Position numbers and translations under genes: made by a program
The notes under the pieces: generated by a model
The model's database searches: none
What the model was told of the DNA's origin: nothing
Seen by the model: only the letters and a program-made list of their open reading frames with translations
From: Yuukianura sp. NJ FZ-2021
Taxonomy: Eukaryota
Assembly: GCA_046563655.1 (NCBI GenBank)
Contig: CM102290.1
Coordinates: 558,001 to 622,000, forward strand
Direction of reading: 5' to 3'
DNA length: 64,000 bases
In this document: positions 12,820 through 25,800 of the stretch, in pieces
Numbering within the stretch: the first letter of the stretch is position 1
Layout of the letters: every line of letters starts with the position of its first letter

Positions 12820-15800
12820 TTTTTGTACAATTCACCTGAAAATGACCAAATCCTAGTAAGTGTAAACAATTAAAACTAAACCAAAACCATGGCAACATAA
12901 ATCACTTACTTTCACTTCATTTCCTTCAAGAAAAACTACTCTAATTCCTCGCTACGAAGATCCATCCAGTGACAAAAGAATTTGAAACGAAGGAATCCCG
13001 GATGTTGTCATGTTCTCTGATAGCGTTGACCTTTAGCACCTTCTAAATCAAAATTCTGGACCTGTTGTTAACAAATTAGCACCGATTTAAATGAGTTCCG
13101 ACTAATAGTGAGAGTGGGAACAAAAGAAGTTGACTTACGTAACTCCTGTAGAGCAATGTCATCAATCCTTATCTGCTCCTTGTGCTTTTTTCAATTGTTT
13201 TGACTCTTCTTGCACAAGTTCCTTGAGCGATATTCGTACGTTGTTAAAAGTTGACTATTTACCTCTGTTATCCTTATCAGTTTGAGTTGGTAGGTGAATA
13301 AACGATTGAGCTATGAATCAAATCAAGAGACTATAAACATTCCCTTGGACTTATCTTATAAGCCCGTGTGAAGTGGGACGGGAATGGAAGGATTTAGGAT
13401 GAGAAGGTGTCAAGTGGTTACTTAAGCTTCTTAACAAAGATTAAAGTTAAATATGTTATAACTTACTTAGTATTTTGGTTAAGAGGGAACAATGGTTAGT
13501 TGGACGAGCCCTGCCTAGTCGTTGTTACACTGAAAGGATGACTCTGTTGTTTAGATTACTTTTTTATTTAGTAGTTTAGTTGTTGTCTTCTTCGTCCTTT
13601 TTGTCTCTTCTGGAAATCTCAGTGACTCATCACCTGGCATCCCCACTATTCCTCTGAATCATCTGATATGTTCTTATCTGCCTGATTAGTGATCATTAAT
13701 TATGTACTTGACTAAATACTTCCAATTAATATTTACTAGAGCCTTCAATTCATAATACATGACATAATAGATTGGTTAGATTATCTCCCTGTCATTTTTT
13801 AGTGATCCTGACCACAGACGTATTTAAATTTTTTTTATTCAATCAATCCGGCGGAATCGCATAGTAAATTGAATTAACAAGATGAAAATTTTCTTTGAAC
13901 GCCAGAAATAAAAATACATGCCCTAAATACAGTGAGAATTTTAAATAAGGTTCGGCCTTCAGATTTGAATGATTTCAAAGTTAGGCTTAAGTAACCCGTC
14001 TGAATTATAATCAAGTAATTAAACGCCTAAGGTGAGTTACAACAATAACTAGCGTCGACAATGATGGTTAAAATTAAACTAAATACAGCAGTGATTTTTA
14101 AATCAAGTTTAAAGAATTAAGTAAAAGTAATGTCTGTAATTAAATTATTAAAAGGAATTAAAAGTTAGCCAAATTTCGTACTTTTGCAATGCAAAATAAT
14201 TTACCCCCAACTAATTCAATTAAAGTCAAATGACGATGTTAATTCAGACTGATTCTGAGGATTAGACGCTCCTACCAAAATCTGAAACACCGCGCGTCTT
14301 TAACATCCTCCTAAAACAGAAGCCAAGTACGTTTCTTATGAATACGAGAAGTGTAGTGACTCACCCCGCAATAATTCGGGTGTATTATTGCACTCACGTA
14401 GACACTTAATAGCCTCGTTTTCTAAATCTCAGCACTTTTGCAGCAACTACAGTGCCACTTTGACGTGTGACCTTTGACATTTAACTTCTATCAAAGGTCA
14501 AGCGTCACATTACTTCCAGGGAACTTTTAACATTACAAGACCCTCAAATCCTTGAAAACAGTTGATAATTTTTTGTTTCAAGAAATTCTCATCGATGCCA
14601 AACCTCACTTAAGTCGTCAATTCGTCTCACCAATCTCGTTTCTGACTCATGCCAATTCCCATTCACTTAATTTCACAAACTAATTGCAGCTCCGAAAAAC
14701 TACACTGCAAAAAATCCATAACCTAACTTTTTTTTTTGAATGAGTCACCCATTTTTCTCAGCGTTTAGTCTCCATAATCATTCCATTTTTCAAAATTTCA
14801 TTTACACAACAAGGAAATTCTTGTCCGAAATTTCTCAGTTTATTAAAGAATATCTCATGTCCAAAAAAAAATTTCAAAAAGTCAAAAAAAAAGTTTTTGT
14901 AAAAACCACCCTCCCATGCGTTTGTTACCGGAAATTGTAAAAAGGAGGGGGTAGAAATAGGAAGGTGTTGCACTACATGTAAACTGATCTCCCAAAAAAT
15001 GTTGTTGAAAGGAAGTTCGGAAGAACTCGGAACTGTTCGTAATCGGATCCAAAAAACAGTAAATTGTATCTAAACCTAAGTACTATGAGATGAATGTGAT
15101 CTTCTTCCCTAACTTATATTGCCCGTCATCAGCATCATCCCTCTCCACCCACGCTATAAAAAAATGTTACAAACATAGACAGAACTAAAAAGTTCACAAC
15201 AAAGACAGGTCCACCACCGCTAAAAATCTTTTCGAAACACTTCTGTTCACCATACTTTACAAAAACTTGTCTCTCAAAAATTTTTTTGAAAAAAGTGACC
15301 CTGAAGTGATTTTTAAACAATTCAATTTTGTTGCTTTTTCATATTTTTTTTTCAAGAGTTATGGTAGCGTCCTCTTTTTGTGAGAATTGTTAGTGTTTGT
15401 TAAATCTAGACCAAAATGAAGAGTTAGGTGAACAAAAGCTAGTTGAATTTTTTTGGCAAATTGAACAATAGACGAAAGATCCATGGGGAGTCAATGCTAA
15501 ATGAATCAACGGTAAAACCCATTGTTACTTTGTTAGTAGGAGAGAGAATTTTCATTGTTGCATGTACGTCCATCAGTCACTACACAAACGTCCATACGCC
15601 AACATCAATCTACTGTCGTACTTTTCAAAAGTTGTGCTAATTTTTAAAAGTATAATTTTTAAAAGTTTTAAAAGTGACATAGTTTTTTAGTGGACAAGTG
15701 TGGGAGAAGTCAATGACCTCAAAATTGGATTCTGAAATAGCATCAAGTGACATTGGACAGGTAAAATTTAAATAGGATTTTTTTCAGAATTTGGATTGCC

Positions 15801-16508
15801 CAATTGTTCAACTCCGTCCAACCACAAAACCCAATCTTTCATTACTCAACTCTGTTAAAGTTTCATTGTTCTTCGATGTTGTTGCTAACACTTAGGTTTT
15901 TACAATGTTAAATTTCGTAAAAAAAATTGCTAAAACAATTGCTGGTTTCGAAATTTTTGGTTTACATTATTGTCAAGAAAATTTTAAAGTTAAAATTACG
16001 TAACTTTTGATGTAAAAAGCTACTCGGCATATTTAAAACAAAAGAAAAAGAACCACTGTTTTTTTTTGTAAATGTGGCGTTTTTTTTTTGGAAGCTGCGT
16101 TATGATTTCAGCATTTTTTTTCAGAATTTTGGTTTTTGATTGTTTGATTTTATATGAAAGGAGAGTTGAGGCGTAGTTCCGGTCCAGTCGCTCTTTTATT
16201 CCCACCGCCAATCCCTTGACATTCCTCATCTTCACTTCCGTTTCAAAAACGGCGGGTCATGTTCCAAACCGACCGCATAGCAGTTGGGATCACAACAAAA
16301 GAAATCATTGTTCTGCTTCACTTTTCATTCACAGGTCATCCGGCGGAGTCACCAGTCCCGGATACCTTCAAGGGTACCGATCGGTACCATAAAATACCCG
16401 GCAATTCTTTGACACCACGACATCCTATACGTATCTCCATCACATACTGAGCAATACCTCGGTACCAATCCATAAGATACCTCCGATACCGATTAGGAAC
16501 AATTAGTG

Positions 16509-19500
16509 ATGGGCAGTTACAGTCGAGTGAGATCAGTTAAACTGAAACGCAACTCACCCGAAGATCCCTTTGGCTTCACTCTGCGTGGAGGTCAAGAACA
16601 TGGCACCGGGATCTTCGTATCCTCCGTCACGCCCAAGTCAATCGCACACAAGCAGGGGCTCAAGGTCACTTTCAAAATTTCAGTTTTTGAAGAAAAAAAA
16701 ATTCAGCTTTTTTGAATTTTGGACTATTCCAAGGTTCCTTGACAAACGAATTGTATTTTCTACAACAGGTTGTCCAATAACTCAAAAATCTTGCTTCTAA
16801 TAACTTTCAGCACTAGTTTAGCACCAATTTTGTTTATACATTTTTCACATTTTTTTTTCAAACATTAAACACTTGAAATCGCATACGAATAAAATAAAAG
16901 TGGAAAAAAAATCAAAAACTGTCATAAAATGGAGGCGTTTGGTTTTTGAAAATTTTGACAAAAAATTGAAAAATCCAAGTTGTTGGACAACCTGTTGTAG
17001 AAAAAAGCATTTTTTTTTGTTTACGAACCTTGGACTGACTATTCTTCTGAAAATTTATGATTTTTCAAACCCTGTTTTTCGTTAGGTTGGTGATCAAATT
17101 TTGCGTGTGAATGGATTTCCTTTGTCTTTTGCAACACATAAGGAATGTCTAGCCGTCATGTCCATCCGAAACAGCATCAGTCTCAAAATCAGAAGTAAGT
17201 TTTTTTTTTTTCAAAATTTTGAAATTTTGAAAATCAATGTTTTTATTCGTAAAAAGGAGTACAGTATACAGTACTTGACGTGAGATCCCGTATCTCCATT
17301 GTTTGTAAAAGAAAAAAATTTAATTCAGGGCGTGAACGACGAACGTCGAAAAATTAGTAGGAAAAAGACAAGTAGAGCGGAGCAGGCAAATCTCAAAATA
17401 TTTTCACCAACTTTCTCCATATCTAAACACTAACTTAACATAACATTTTCTAAAAATAACTAATTAGTTGACTAATTAGCAGACGTGCCAAAAATATTTA
17501 GTTCCAATGCGTCTAATGTTAACAAAATCAGTATTTCGGGTCTTTTTGTTACTAAATATTCATTTAGCTAATATTTTTATTTTATTTTATTTACTAAATA
17601 TTTATAAAGTCAACATTACAGGCATGGAGACTAAATATTTTTGACATCTCTATACTTAATTATACTAATCATGCCATTTTGACTTAATTTAAGGTGTGGG
17701 GATGATTCCTGTACGTGAGCGTGGAGAGCCCTTGACCTGGTTTTTAATCGACAACACACAACTTCCGTCGCTCAACGTGCCGGTTGACCCCAGTGACCTC
17801 AGAATGCGCCACTCAACTTTTTTGTCACCAAAAAGATCTGACGGTGGAACGTCACCGCCGGGTGGGATCGATCACATTCCAGAAAATATTTACATTAACA
17901 CCAACGGTCACGTGGGGCTCGGCTGTTGGTAAGCTTGACTACTTCCAGTTGTGGACAATTACAAAACTAGCTAAAACTTTTCGCCTAACCTGAAACTTGG
18001 TGATCAGCAATGTTGACCTCTGTGGCATCTTACATTTTTTGCCAAAGTTGCTGAAAAAGTAGCCAACATTTTATACTTGAGGAAGGTATGGAGGTTATGT
18101 GCGTCATAATAAGCAAGTGCACGGTGTTTGATTTTGTGTGCTAAGAGCCTCCACTGTTGTTCGTCACGGTTGATCCATTGCGAATTGGATTGCAAAACTT
18201 TAGAACAACGCAGCGTCCTTGCACCATCATTCCCTTTTGATCCTCACTAGATAAAGCCTACCGTAACAAACTACCTCTAACAAACAACGGTTATCCACCT
18301 TTCAGTACATACTTCCAAAAAAATAGACAAAAAAAAATGAAATTTGTTGAACTCATAACAATTTGCCAAAAAATGAATGGTTTTGTTCAAATGTTATTTT
18401 TGGCTACTTTTGTCGTTGCAGTATTTGTCGTGGTCCACCCCACAAACCTGGAATATTCGTGCAGTCAACAAAATCCAACGGAGTTGCACGGGAAGCAGGT
18501 CTGCGTCCGGGTGACCAAATCCTGGAATGCAACGGTCACTCCTTCAGAGACGTCGAATTTCCGGAAGTAAGCAGCATTTCCTATTAAATTTTCCTGAAAT
18601 TTTTAACTTTTTGAAATTTAGAATTCTGCTTGTTAAACAGACAAATTTTCCTATTAAATTTATAGCTTTTTGAAATTTGGAATTCTGCTTGCTTAAACAG
18701 GCAAAGTTGGCTCACTTTTCAGAGATTTTAAAGTTATTAAACTGCTTTTTTTTAACTTTCTTTTCCGGCCTTTGATGATAATGGAACATTACACAAAGTC
18801 CGCAAGGAAACAGCGTAGCCTAACTTGAAATAATGTAGACTTTGACCTTGACCTTTGACCTACTTAGGCCATCTACCACTTGAAGTCGAGTAAGGAGCTG
18901 CGCTTGGTGGTGGTCAAAGGTGGAGCCTGTGATCTGTTTCCGGGAGAGTCAAGTGGCTACAACAGTTCATCCAGCAGTGTCAACGGAGAGACCATAACAT
19001 CACACGTATCAGTCAGCAGCGAAACTTCGGCAGCATCAGACGTCAACAACCTCGAAGAAGCTCTCGGTCGAGTACAAGTTTCTCCTGGAACTGGGTCAGA
19101 GGATCCAAAGTAAGTACATTTAAATATTATTTTAATCAAATATATATTAAATATTATTTTAATTAACTTTCCCTAAAGTTTTTCCCAAAACTTTACTGTT
19201 GACGGTTACTGTCTGTGTTGACTGTGATTTTGTTTAACAGGTTGAATAATACCTCATTTGTTTTTTGACTTTGCAAAAAAAAAGAGTGTCTTTCGTTTCC
19301 TTCATGGTATCATATCGTAGTCATGACAATACAGATTGGTACCAATTTTTGTTTTTTCATTTTTTGTTGTCAACAAGCGAGGTAGTACTCAACCTGTTAA
19401 AGAAAATTCATTTCCCGTTGTCAAAGAACCTTGCTTTTCTGGTCTAGGTCTATGGTTCCTCTGGATCGGAACATGGAGTGGGAGGAGGTGGAGCAAGTAT

Positions 19501-22160
19501 GGCGTTGCGCAAAGAAAGAGTCTTTGATAATTCAAATCAAAGGAGAACTCCCGCCTCTCCAAGATCAAATCAGACACAAGGAACTTCAACTCGAACTAGA
19601 ACGAAGGAATCTTGAGGAGGAGCAACGGAAACTTCAACAAGAGGCACAAAAGCTGGAACAGGAGAAACAAAAATTTGAAGTAATTTTGCACAAAAACGTA
19701 TTTTTTGGAAAAAAAAATGATTTTTGAATTTCGGTTTTTGTAGGAAGAAAAACGGAAGGCACTGGAAGAACGGACTGAACTGGAATCTGGGCTAGTACCC
19801 TCCGGGTCAACGGGCGGGTCACCTTCTCCGGCGGGTCACTCAAAACAGAATGACCTCGCTGGAGCTCTGTCCAACGAAATTCTAAAAAGATCAACGGTAA
19901 TCTTTTCAAATTGTTCACAAAATAAGTTTTTTGAAATATTTTTTGTTAAATTTAGCGCCGGGAACTTCAGCAGCAGCTAGAACCCAGCCTCACCAAAGCC
20001 AAAGATGGTGACGCGCATGCCCAACATTTTTCTGCTGCTGACGACATGAAGCGGCGACAACACGAGCAGCTCATAGAAGAATTCAAACGAGCTCACCGGA
20101 AAATGTTTGCACAGTCACAGGAAAACGGCCGGTCAAGTCCAACGGAAGACCATGGCAACGCAGGAGGGTCACCGAGACAGGTCAGTTTTACCGGTTTTGC
20201 GATAACCACTTTGCTACAAGGTTCGTAAGCTAAAAAATGTTTTTTCTACACCAGGCTGTCCAATAACTCGATATTTTTAAAAATTGTTCAAAAAGGAGGG
20301 TTTGCGTTAAGGTCATTTTTTGGGCCCAATGACCATATATGGAAATTGTGTAAATTTTGTTGCACAAGTTACCACCATTCGGGTTTTAAATTGCACAAAT
20401 TCCATTTTTCGGGTTTTTACATTGCACATATTCCACTTTCCGGGTTTTTACATTGCACCATGTACCACATTTCGGGTTGTTATATTGCACAAGTACCACT
20501 TTTAGGTTTTTTTTAAGCTGCACACTTAAACTTTTGGTTGACGAACTGAACAATTCGCAGGTTTCCAGTTTTGGACATTGCACAATTTCAAATTTTTGAA
20601 TTTGTGCACTGCAAACTTTAAACCTTTTCTATTTTTAACACGAATCGTCCCTCCTTTTCGGTTATCGGCATGATGCACCTGCATACTTTTGCGTTTTTAT
20701 ATTGCATAAAGTGCAATGTTTTTAGTTTCTGATGTTGCACAATTTCAAATTATTTAGTTGTAAGAGGTGCACAACTGACCACTTTTCAGTTTTTATGCTG
20801 CACAAATTCCACTTTTCGGTTTTTCTCCTGCACAAATTCCATTTTTTGGTCTTTCTTCTGCACAAACTCCACGTTTCGGTTTTGCGTGCTGTACAGTTCC
20901 AAACTTTGGCGACTTCAGTTTGTTATTTCAACATAAAACATACAAAGCAACAAACGTTGACTAGGCATTTCTTTAAGATTTTTAGCGAAAGTGCAACTTT
21001 TGCGGTGAAAGTGCCAAAAGGGAATGACCAAATTCACATACAAGGACTCCTGGCCACATCACGAAATTTCGGCCCTTACTTGCTAAGGCCATGATTGATC
21101 TACTGTGAAATTTTTGTAATGTGGCCAATAGTCCTTCCCCAGATTTACGGGGGCCCAATTCACCCGTAATAATCGAAAACGTCCTTTGAGAAACTTTTTT
21201 CCTATGATAATTATTTTCATACAAAGCAGTTGGAATTGGGGGAAAAATTATTTGAAGCAAAATTTTTGTAAACCCCGAGTTATTGGACAACCTTTTGTAG
21301 AAAATACAATTGGGTTGTCAAGGAACCTTGCTTTGCCGTGAGCACTTGGTTTTAACTTGGGTATATTCTATATTGTTTCATTAATTCAAGGAACGTGCGT
21401 CCTTTCGGGCCAAACGAACACAGAAGGAATTTGAACACACAAAGAAAATGGTCCAGAATCACGTGGCTGGAATTGTACGCCAGAGACAACTTAAAATTGA
21501 GCGCCAAAATCAAGAAGTGCAAGAAACAGAACGAGAGGTCATCGGAGATGGAAAACCAAAAAGTCGAGCTCCACAACCACCCGTAACATTAGCCGCCAAT
21601 TTCAAATTATCTTTTTCAAATTTCAAGATTTTCAAAACTTTCATTTTTTGGATTAGCAGAATGATGTATCTCGTAAACCCACTCCAGTCAATTCCAAAAG
21701 TCCGCATTTATCAACAGTTAGTTTTTTTTTGTTTTTCTGAAATTTTACTCTTTTTTTTTGGTTGATTTTTTTTTCCCCTGATTTTGAAATTGTCGATTTT
21801 TTAGTCTCCTCCCCCAGCAATTCGAATTCCGGCCAAAACAAGTTTACCGCCAGACAAGAAACTGTCGGATGAACAAATTCGCGACAAAGTTCAAGGTCAA
21901 GGTCAAGGTCATCGCGGGACACGGGGTCAACACCATGTTGAGTTTTCAGATCGCCCGCAAAGTCCTTCTCCAGACTACTCTAACACACCTAGCCCAGAGT
22001 TCGGACGGCGTTATGTAATGTTTTCAAAGTTTTGAAAACCTTAAATTCTAACTTTCAAAATTCGAAATTTCAAAAAAACGATTTTCTTTAGGTTCAGCAC
22101 CGTCGAAACGAAGGTCACCAAAAATCCAGATCAATTGTTCCCGGGATTCTCAAAACATGA
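16509..22160 (+). CDS. USH1C: Harmonin/USH1C-like PDZ scaffold (two PDZ domains, coiled coil, Pro/Ser-rich tail); true 5' start uncertain
   Basis: PDZ1 (FGFTLRGGQEHGTGIFVS...GDQILRVNG...VGMIPVRERGEPLTW) and PDZ2 (GLGCCICRGPPHKPGIFV...GLRPGDQILECNG) closely resemble harmonin PDZ1 and PDZ2. In-phase GT-AG exons: ..16664, 17086-17194, 17694-17928, 18422-18566, 18868-19109, 19448-19679, 19744-19896, 19956-20180, 21391-21582, 21657/21660-21716, 21805-22014, 22092-22160 (TGA). Confidence 0.8.
16730..17032. mobile_element. CAAGG-MITE family B copy (harmonin-like gene intron)
   Basis: CAAGGTTCCTTGACAA...TTACGAACCTTG, with subterminal CTACAACAGGTTGTCCAA / TTGGACAACCTGTTGTAG. Confidence 0.85.
17480..17652. 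mobile_element. MITE family C copy
   Basis: CAGACGTGCCAAAAATATTTAGTT...ACTAAATATTTTTGACATCTC. Confidence 0.7.
19214..19433. mobile_element. CAAGG-MITE family A copy (harmonin-like gene intron)
   Basis: TTAACAGGTTG...CAACCTGTTAA subterminal inverted repeat. Ends GTTGTCAAAGAACCTTG. The left terminus is degenerate. Confidence 0.8.
20217..21330. mobile_element. CAAGG-MITE family B long copy with an internal ~30-bp tandem array (~20360-20900)
   Basis: CAAGGTTCGTAA...GTCAAGGAACCTTG termini. Flanks CTTTGCTA / CTTTGCCG. Internal degenerate repeat TGCACAAATTCCACTTTTCGGGTTTT. Confidence 0.85.
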
Positions 22161-22511
22161 CAACGCCTTCATTTTTATTTTTTTTTCTTCAAAATTTCAT
22201 TTTTTTAAAATTAGGAACCTAATTTTTTTTCTTGAACATCTTAATTTATATCTGTAATTAACTTAATTAAATTACCTCATCAACGCCTCGAAACTCACCT
22301 GTCCTAATTCTCATATTAAAATATTATAAATGCAGTATTCAATTTTTTTTTTCAATTTTTTCAAAATTTCATATGCCTCAAGGAAGCCTTTTTCCGTTTT
22401 TCCGAAATCTCATTCTGACGTTAATCTCATTCGTTCTGACAGCAATTTCATTAATTTTAAAGTTGAAGTTAAAAAACAATCCTAACATACCTAATGTAAA
22501 TTCTCTAAAAC

Positions 22512-22795
22512 TTCCGGATTCTGAAGTATCATGGACGGATTCTGGCGTACGATGGACGGATTCCGGGGTATCACGGACGGATTCTGTGGTACAATGGACG
22601 GATTCCGGGGTGTCACGGACGGATTCTGGGGTACCATTGACGGATTCTGGCGTACGATGGACGGATTCTGGCGTACGATGGACGGATTCTGTGGTACAAT
22701 GGACGGATACCATAGACGGATTCTGTGGTAGAATGGACGGATTCTGGGGTATAATAGACGGATTCCGGGGAATCATGGACGGATTCTGTGTTAAC
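22512..22795. repeat. 21-bp minisatellite (ATGGACGGATTCTGGGGTACN), ~12 full units plus partial units
   Basis: Units start at 22531, 22552, 22573, 22594, 22615, 22636, 22657, 22678, 22699 (truncated), 22712, 22733, 22754 and 22775. Confidence 0.95.
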
Positions 22796-22813
22796 GATGA
22801 TACTGCGACGTAT

Positions 22814-25800
22814 TTAAGCCATGGACGGATTGTGGGGTTGGAGGTCAACGCTCTCTTGAGCTCCAGTGCCGGATGCAGCGTGTTCCGTGGGTTGAGCCAC
22901 TTCTTCCCGCCCAACAAATACGCGGTACTTTTTTGAAATGAGACTCCAATCTGCTACGGTTTCAATCCTCTGTTGATGATGGAGGCCACTCATGGTGGAA
23001 CCCAGTGGGTGCATGGGACTGCCAGGGGTCATCGGACTCACTTGAGCCACACTCAGACGCATAATGTCAGAAACTAACAAAGAAATCAAAATTTAGTTTC
23101 GAAATTTCAATTTTTCCATCTTTTTTTTCAAAAACTACCTCTACCCCTAGGCGCCGCTTTCGTTTTGTTGAAGACTGTTTTCCAGCGTTGTTTGGGGGTG
23201 GGTTTACCAAACTGAAACAAATTTGCACCGCGTCCTACCAGCGGCGCTCCCTTCCTCTCCCACTTCAGGGGGTTGAACGGTTCTACAAAATTCAGGTTGG
23301 GGTTATGCAGATTAGGTTAGTTAGGCTAAGATTAGTCTAGTTAGGCTAAAATTAGGTTAGGGTACGTACCTCTTTTCTTCTTGCATTGACGATAGATCCA
23401 GATGATCCAGGACGTGAAGAGGTTGATAGGCGACGGAGTGGCTGAAGTTCGGTGCATGTTTCGTATGAGTTTGGCCAGGCCAAACTTCCATTCAATGTCA
23501 GACTGAGCTTGGATTCTTTGGTAAGTATCTGACATCATGGCAATTAACAAATTAATTAGCACAATTACTGTCACGAGCAAGTAAATTGCAAAGAAAATTT
23601 TGAACAAAAATTGAGTCCACTTGGGTTGAGTCATTTCCAACATGAGTTGATCAGCATTCGTCTGTCCAAAGAGAGCAAAGAACAGGAGTTCCAAAGTATC
23701 CAGTGGTGTGATCAGCACTAAAGTAAAAAAAAAATATATCTTTGAGGTTCATGATTTACATGGTTTGGGAGACAAAGAACGAGAGTGTAGAAAAAATAAA
23801 GAACCAGGTGGGATTCGAACCCATATCTCTGCGATTCAGGAGGAGCTCTGACCCTTGAGCTATGAAACTCTGTTCTACAACCCTGCAATTTTCGTGCAAC
23901 TTTTTTGAGTTACCTCCGGACGGTAGTCCTTGGGTCACCGTTGGCTTGGAAATGTTAAAATCCGACGGACGTGGATAAAACGGTTGATTGAGCGACGCCA
24001 TCACCATGGAGAATCCAGCCATAAAAATGGCCAATACTGCCAAAAACCGGGCCAAATCCTTCATCAAGTTTCCAATAATGATTGCCCATGGTCCAAACAA
24101 GTAGTGGAAGGACAGGAAGTCCAGAATTTGGACACAGGCAAGTAAAATGGCCACGGCGAACAGCTGATTTCGAATGTAGAAGACATGTGGATACCAAGAC
24201 CGGCCCACAAAATATCCAATCCCATGTACAACTACGGCCAAAATTGAAAATATCAAAACAGCCACTTTTATCCAGCCGAGTCCCGCCTTGTCACTTGGAT
24301 TCGTCACTTCCGATATGATGAGCCCAAGTAGCCATGCGAGTAGCACCCACTCATGCCAGTATGGAAAGAGACGCGTGCGCAGAACAGGGTAGATGGGGGT
24401 AATGGACGTTATGCAGAGGAGGACCATTAAGTAGATATGTGAAGTGAGGTAGGACATGAACTTGATAATGGGGATCTTGTGGAAACGGTGGCCCAGGGGA
24501 AGGGAAAACACTACCCACACTGGGGGGCAAAAGATGAAAGTAGCAAAGAGGAGCAAAAGCTTCCAGGATGCCCAAGTCAAGTTGCCCACCCAGAGTTCTG
24601 ACAAGTATCGCTGTACAGCCGTGTGAGCAATGACTTCCTTCTGCTCGTTTTCGATCAAAATGTCCAGGAATTGGACACTGCGACGGTCCACTGAACGCAA
24701 AAGTTTTCCAGCCGAATCTGGACCAGACGCGAGAGCCAGCAGTTCGGCTGCCATTGACTCGCAATATTTGGCAGCACCAATCAGATCCTTCGCTCGCTCT
24801 TTTTCCTGTTGGAACAACAACGGTGATAGGTTAGGTTATGTTCGTAGTGTTGCTGGATATCCACTTTTTCGACATTTCGTCCATGACTGGATATCCAGTG
24901 GAGGAAATGGACGAAATTATTTTACGAAAGCTTACGCGAGTGGATAGGCTGGACAAAATGTTTGAAAGTTTGGCGGCAATGTCGACGGGTGCAGGAGAGG
25001 CTAGTACGAAGTCGTTGATTGGCTCATTGTCATTGTTTTTTCCACATATAGTTAGGTTGTACACAAACTGAAATTGTTCAAACAAAATGTTGAAGTTTTT
25101 TTCGAAACTTTTTTGAAATATTTTTTGAAAACCTCTTTGTCTTCTAGCAGTCCATACGAGTCATGCTCCGTTTTCATGAGATAGTTGAGAACATGGTTGT
25201 GGTTTTCTGCTGCAGCGTACCAAATGGGGTAGAGCCCTTTGGCCGTTTTGGCCAACGGGGAAGCACCGCTTTCAATTAATAATTTAACAACGTCCAAGTG
25301 ACCAGCTTTGGCTCCACAGTGAAGCGGTGTCCACTTTTCCTAAAATTTTAAAAATTTTGAATTTTCCCAAATTGTAATTCTATGTTATGTTAGACTAACC
25401 TTGTCCACTGCGTCAATTTCTGCTCCCTGTCCCAGCAGTATTTCTACCATGGAGTGGTGCCCATAGACTGCTGCGATGTGAAGCCCCGTCCGTCCTTCGT
25501 TGTCTCTGCTTTCCAGTAGTTCTGAAGAGCGACTGAGCAGTAGTCCAACTATGGTTGTATGACCACCACGACATGCGAGATGAACTGCATTAAGGCCTAG
25601 GTTGACTGAAGGGGCGTCCACTTGGACCCCTTGGGAGTTCAGCAGCAGACGCACAACATTTTCTTCACCAGAGTACGACGCAAGGTGCAACGGCGTCAAG
25701 CCGGACTCCGTTCCTAGCTCTTTTAGAAAACTTGACGCAAGGGAAATTGGTGGGTCGGAGGCAATTGTCGCTGGGATGTACGTCAAAAGCTCACGAACGG

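Noticed and set aside
18576..18706. ~65-bp local tandem duplication in a harmonin-like intron
   Set aside because: An ordinary slippage or duplication event with no distinctive structure.
22512..22795. CRISPR-like appearance of the regularly spaced GGACGGATTC motif
   Set aside because: The units are contiguous 21-mers without unique spacers, there are no cas genes, and the context is eukaryotic. It is a minisatellite.
22925..22940. A AAA AAG slippery heptamer in the last nompC exon as a route into the repeat ORF
   Set aside because: A -1 shift enters a frame that stops after about 28 codons. The repeat ORF is in the +1 frame.
23290..23362. TTAGG telomere-like repeats
   Set aside because: Short and degenerate inside an ~86-nt intron. 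On the sense strand they read as CTAAC/CTAAT branch-point-like words.
23804..23870. Functional tRNA gene (also 30850-30916)
   Set aside because: A and B boxes are present, but the acceptor and anticodon stems do not pair and both copies share a non-tRNA tail.
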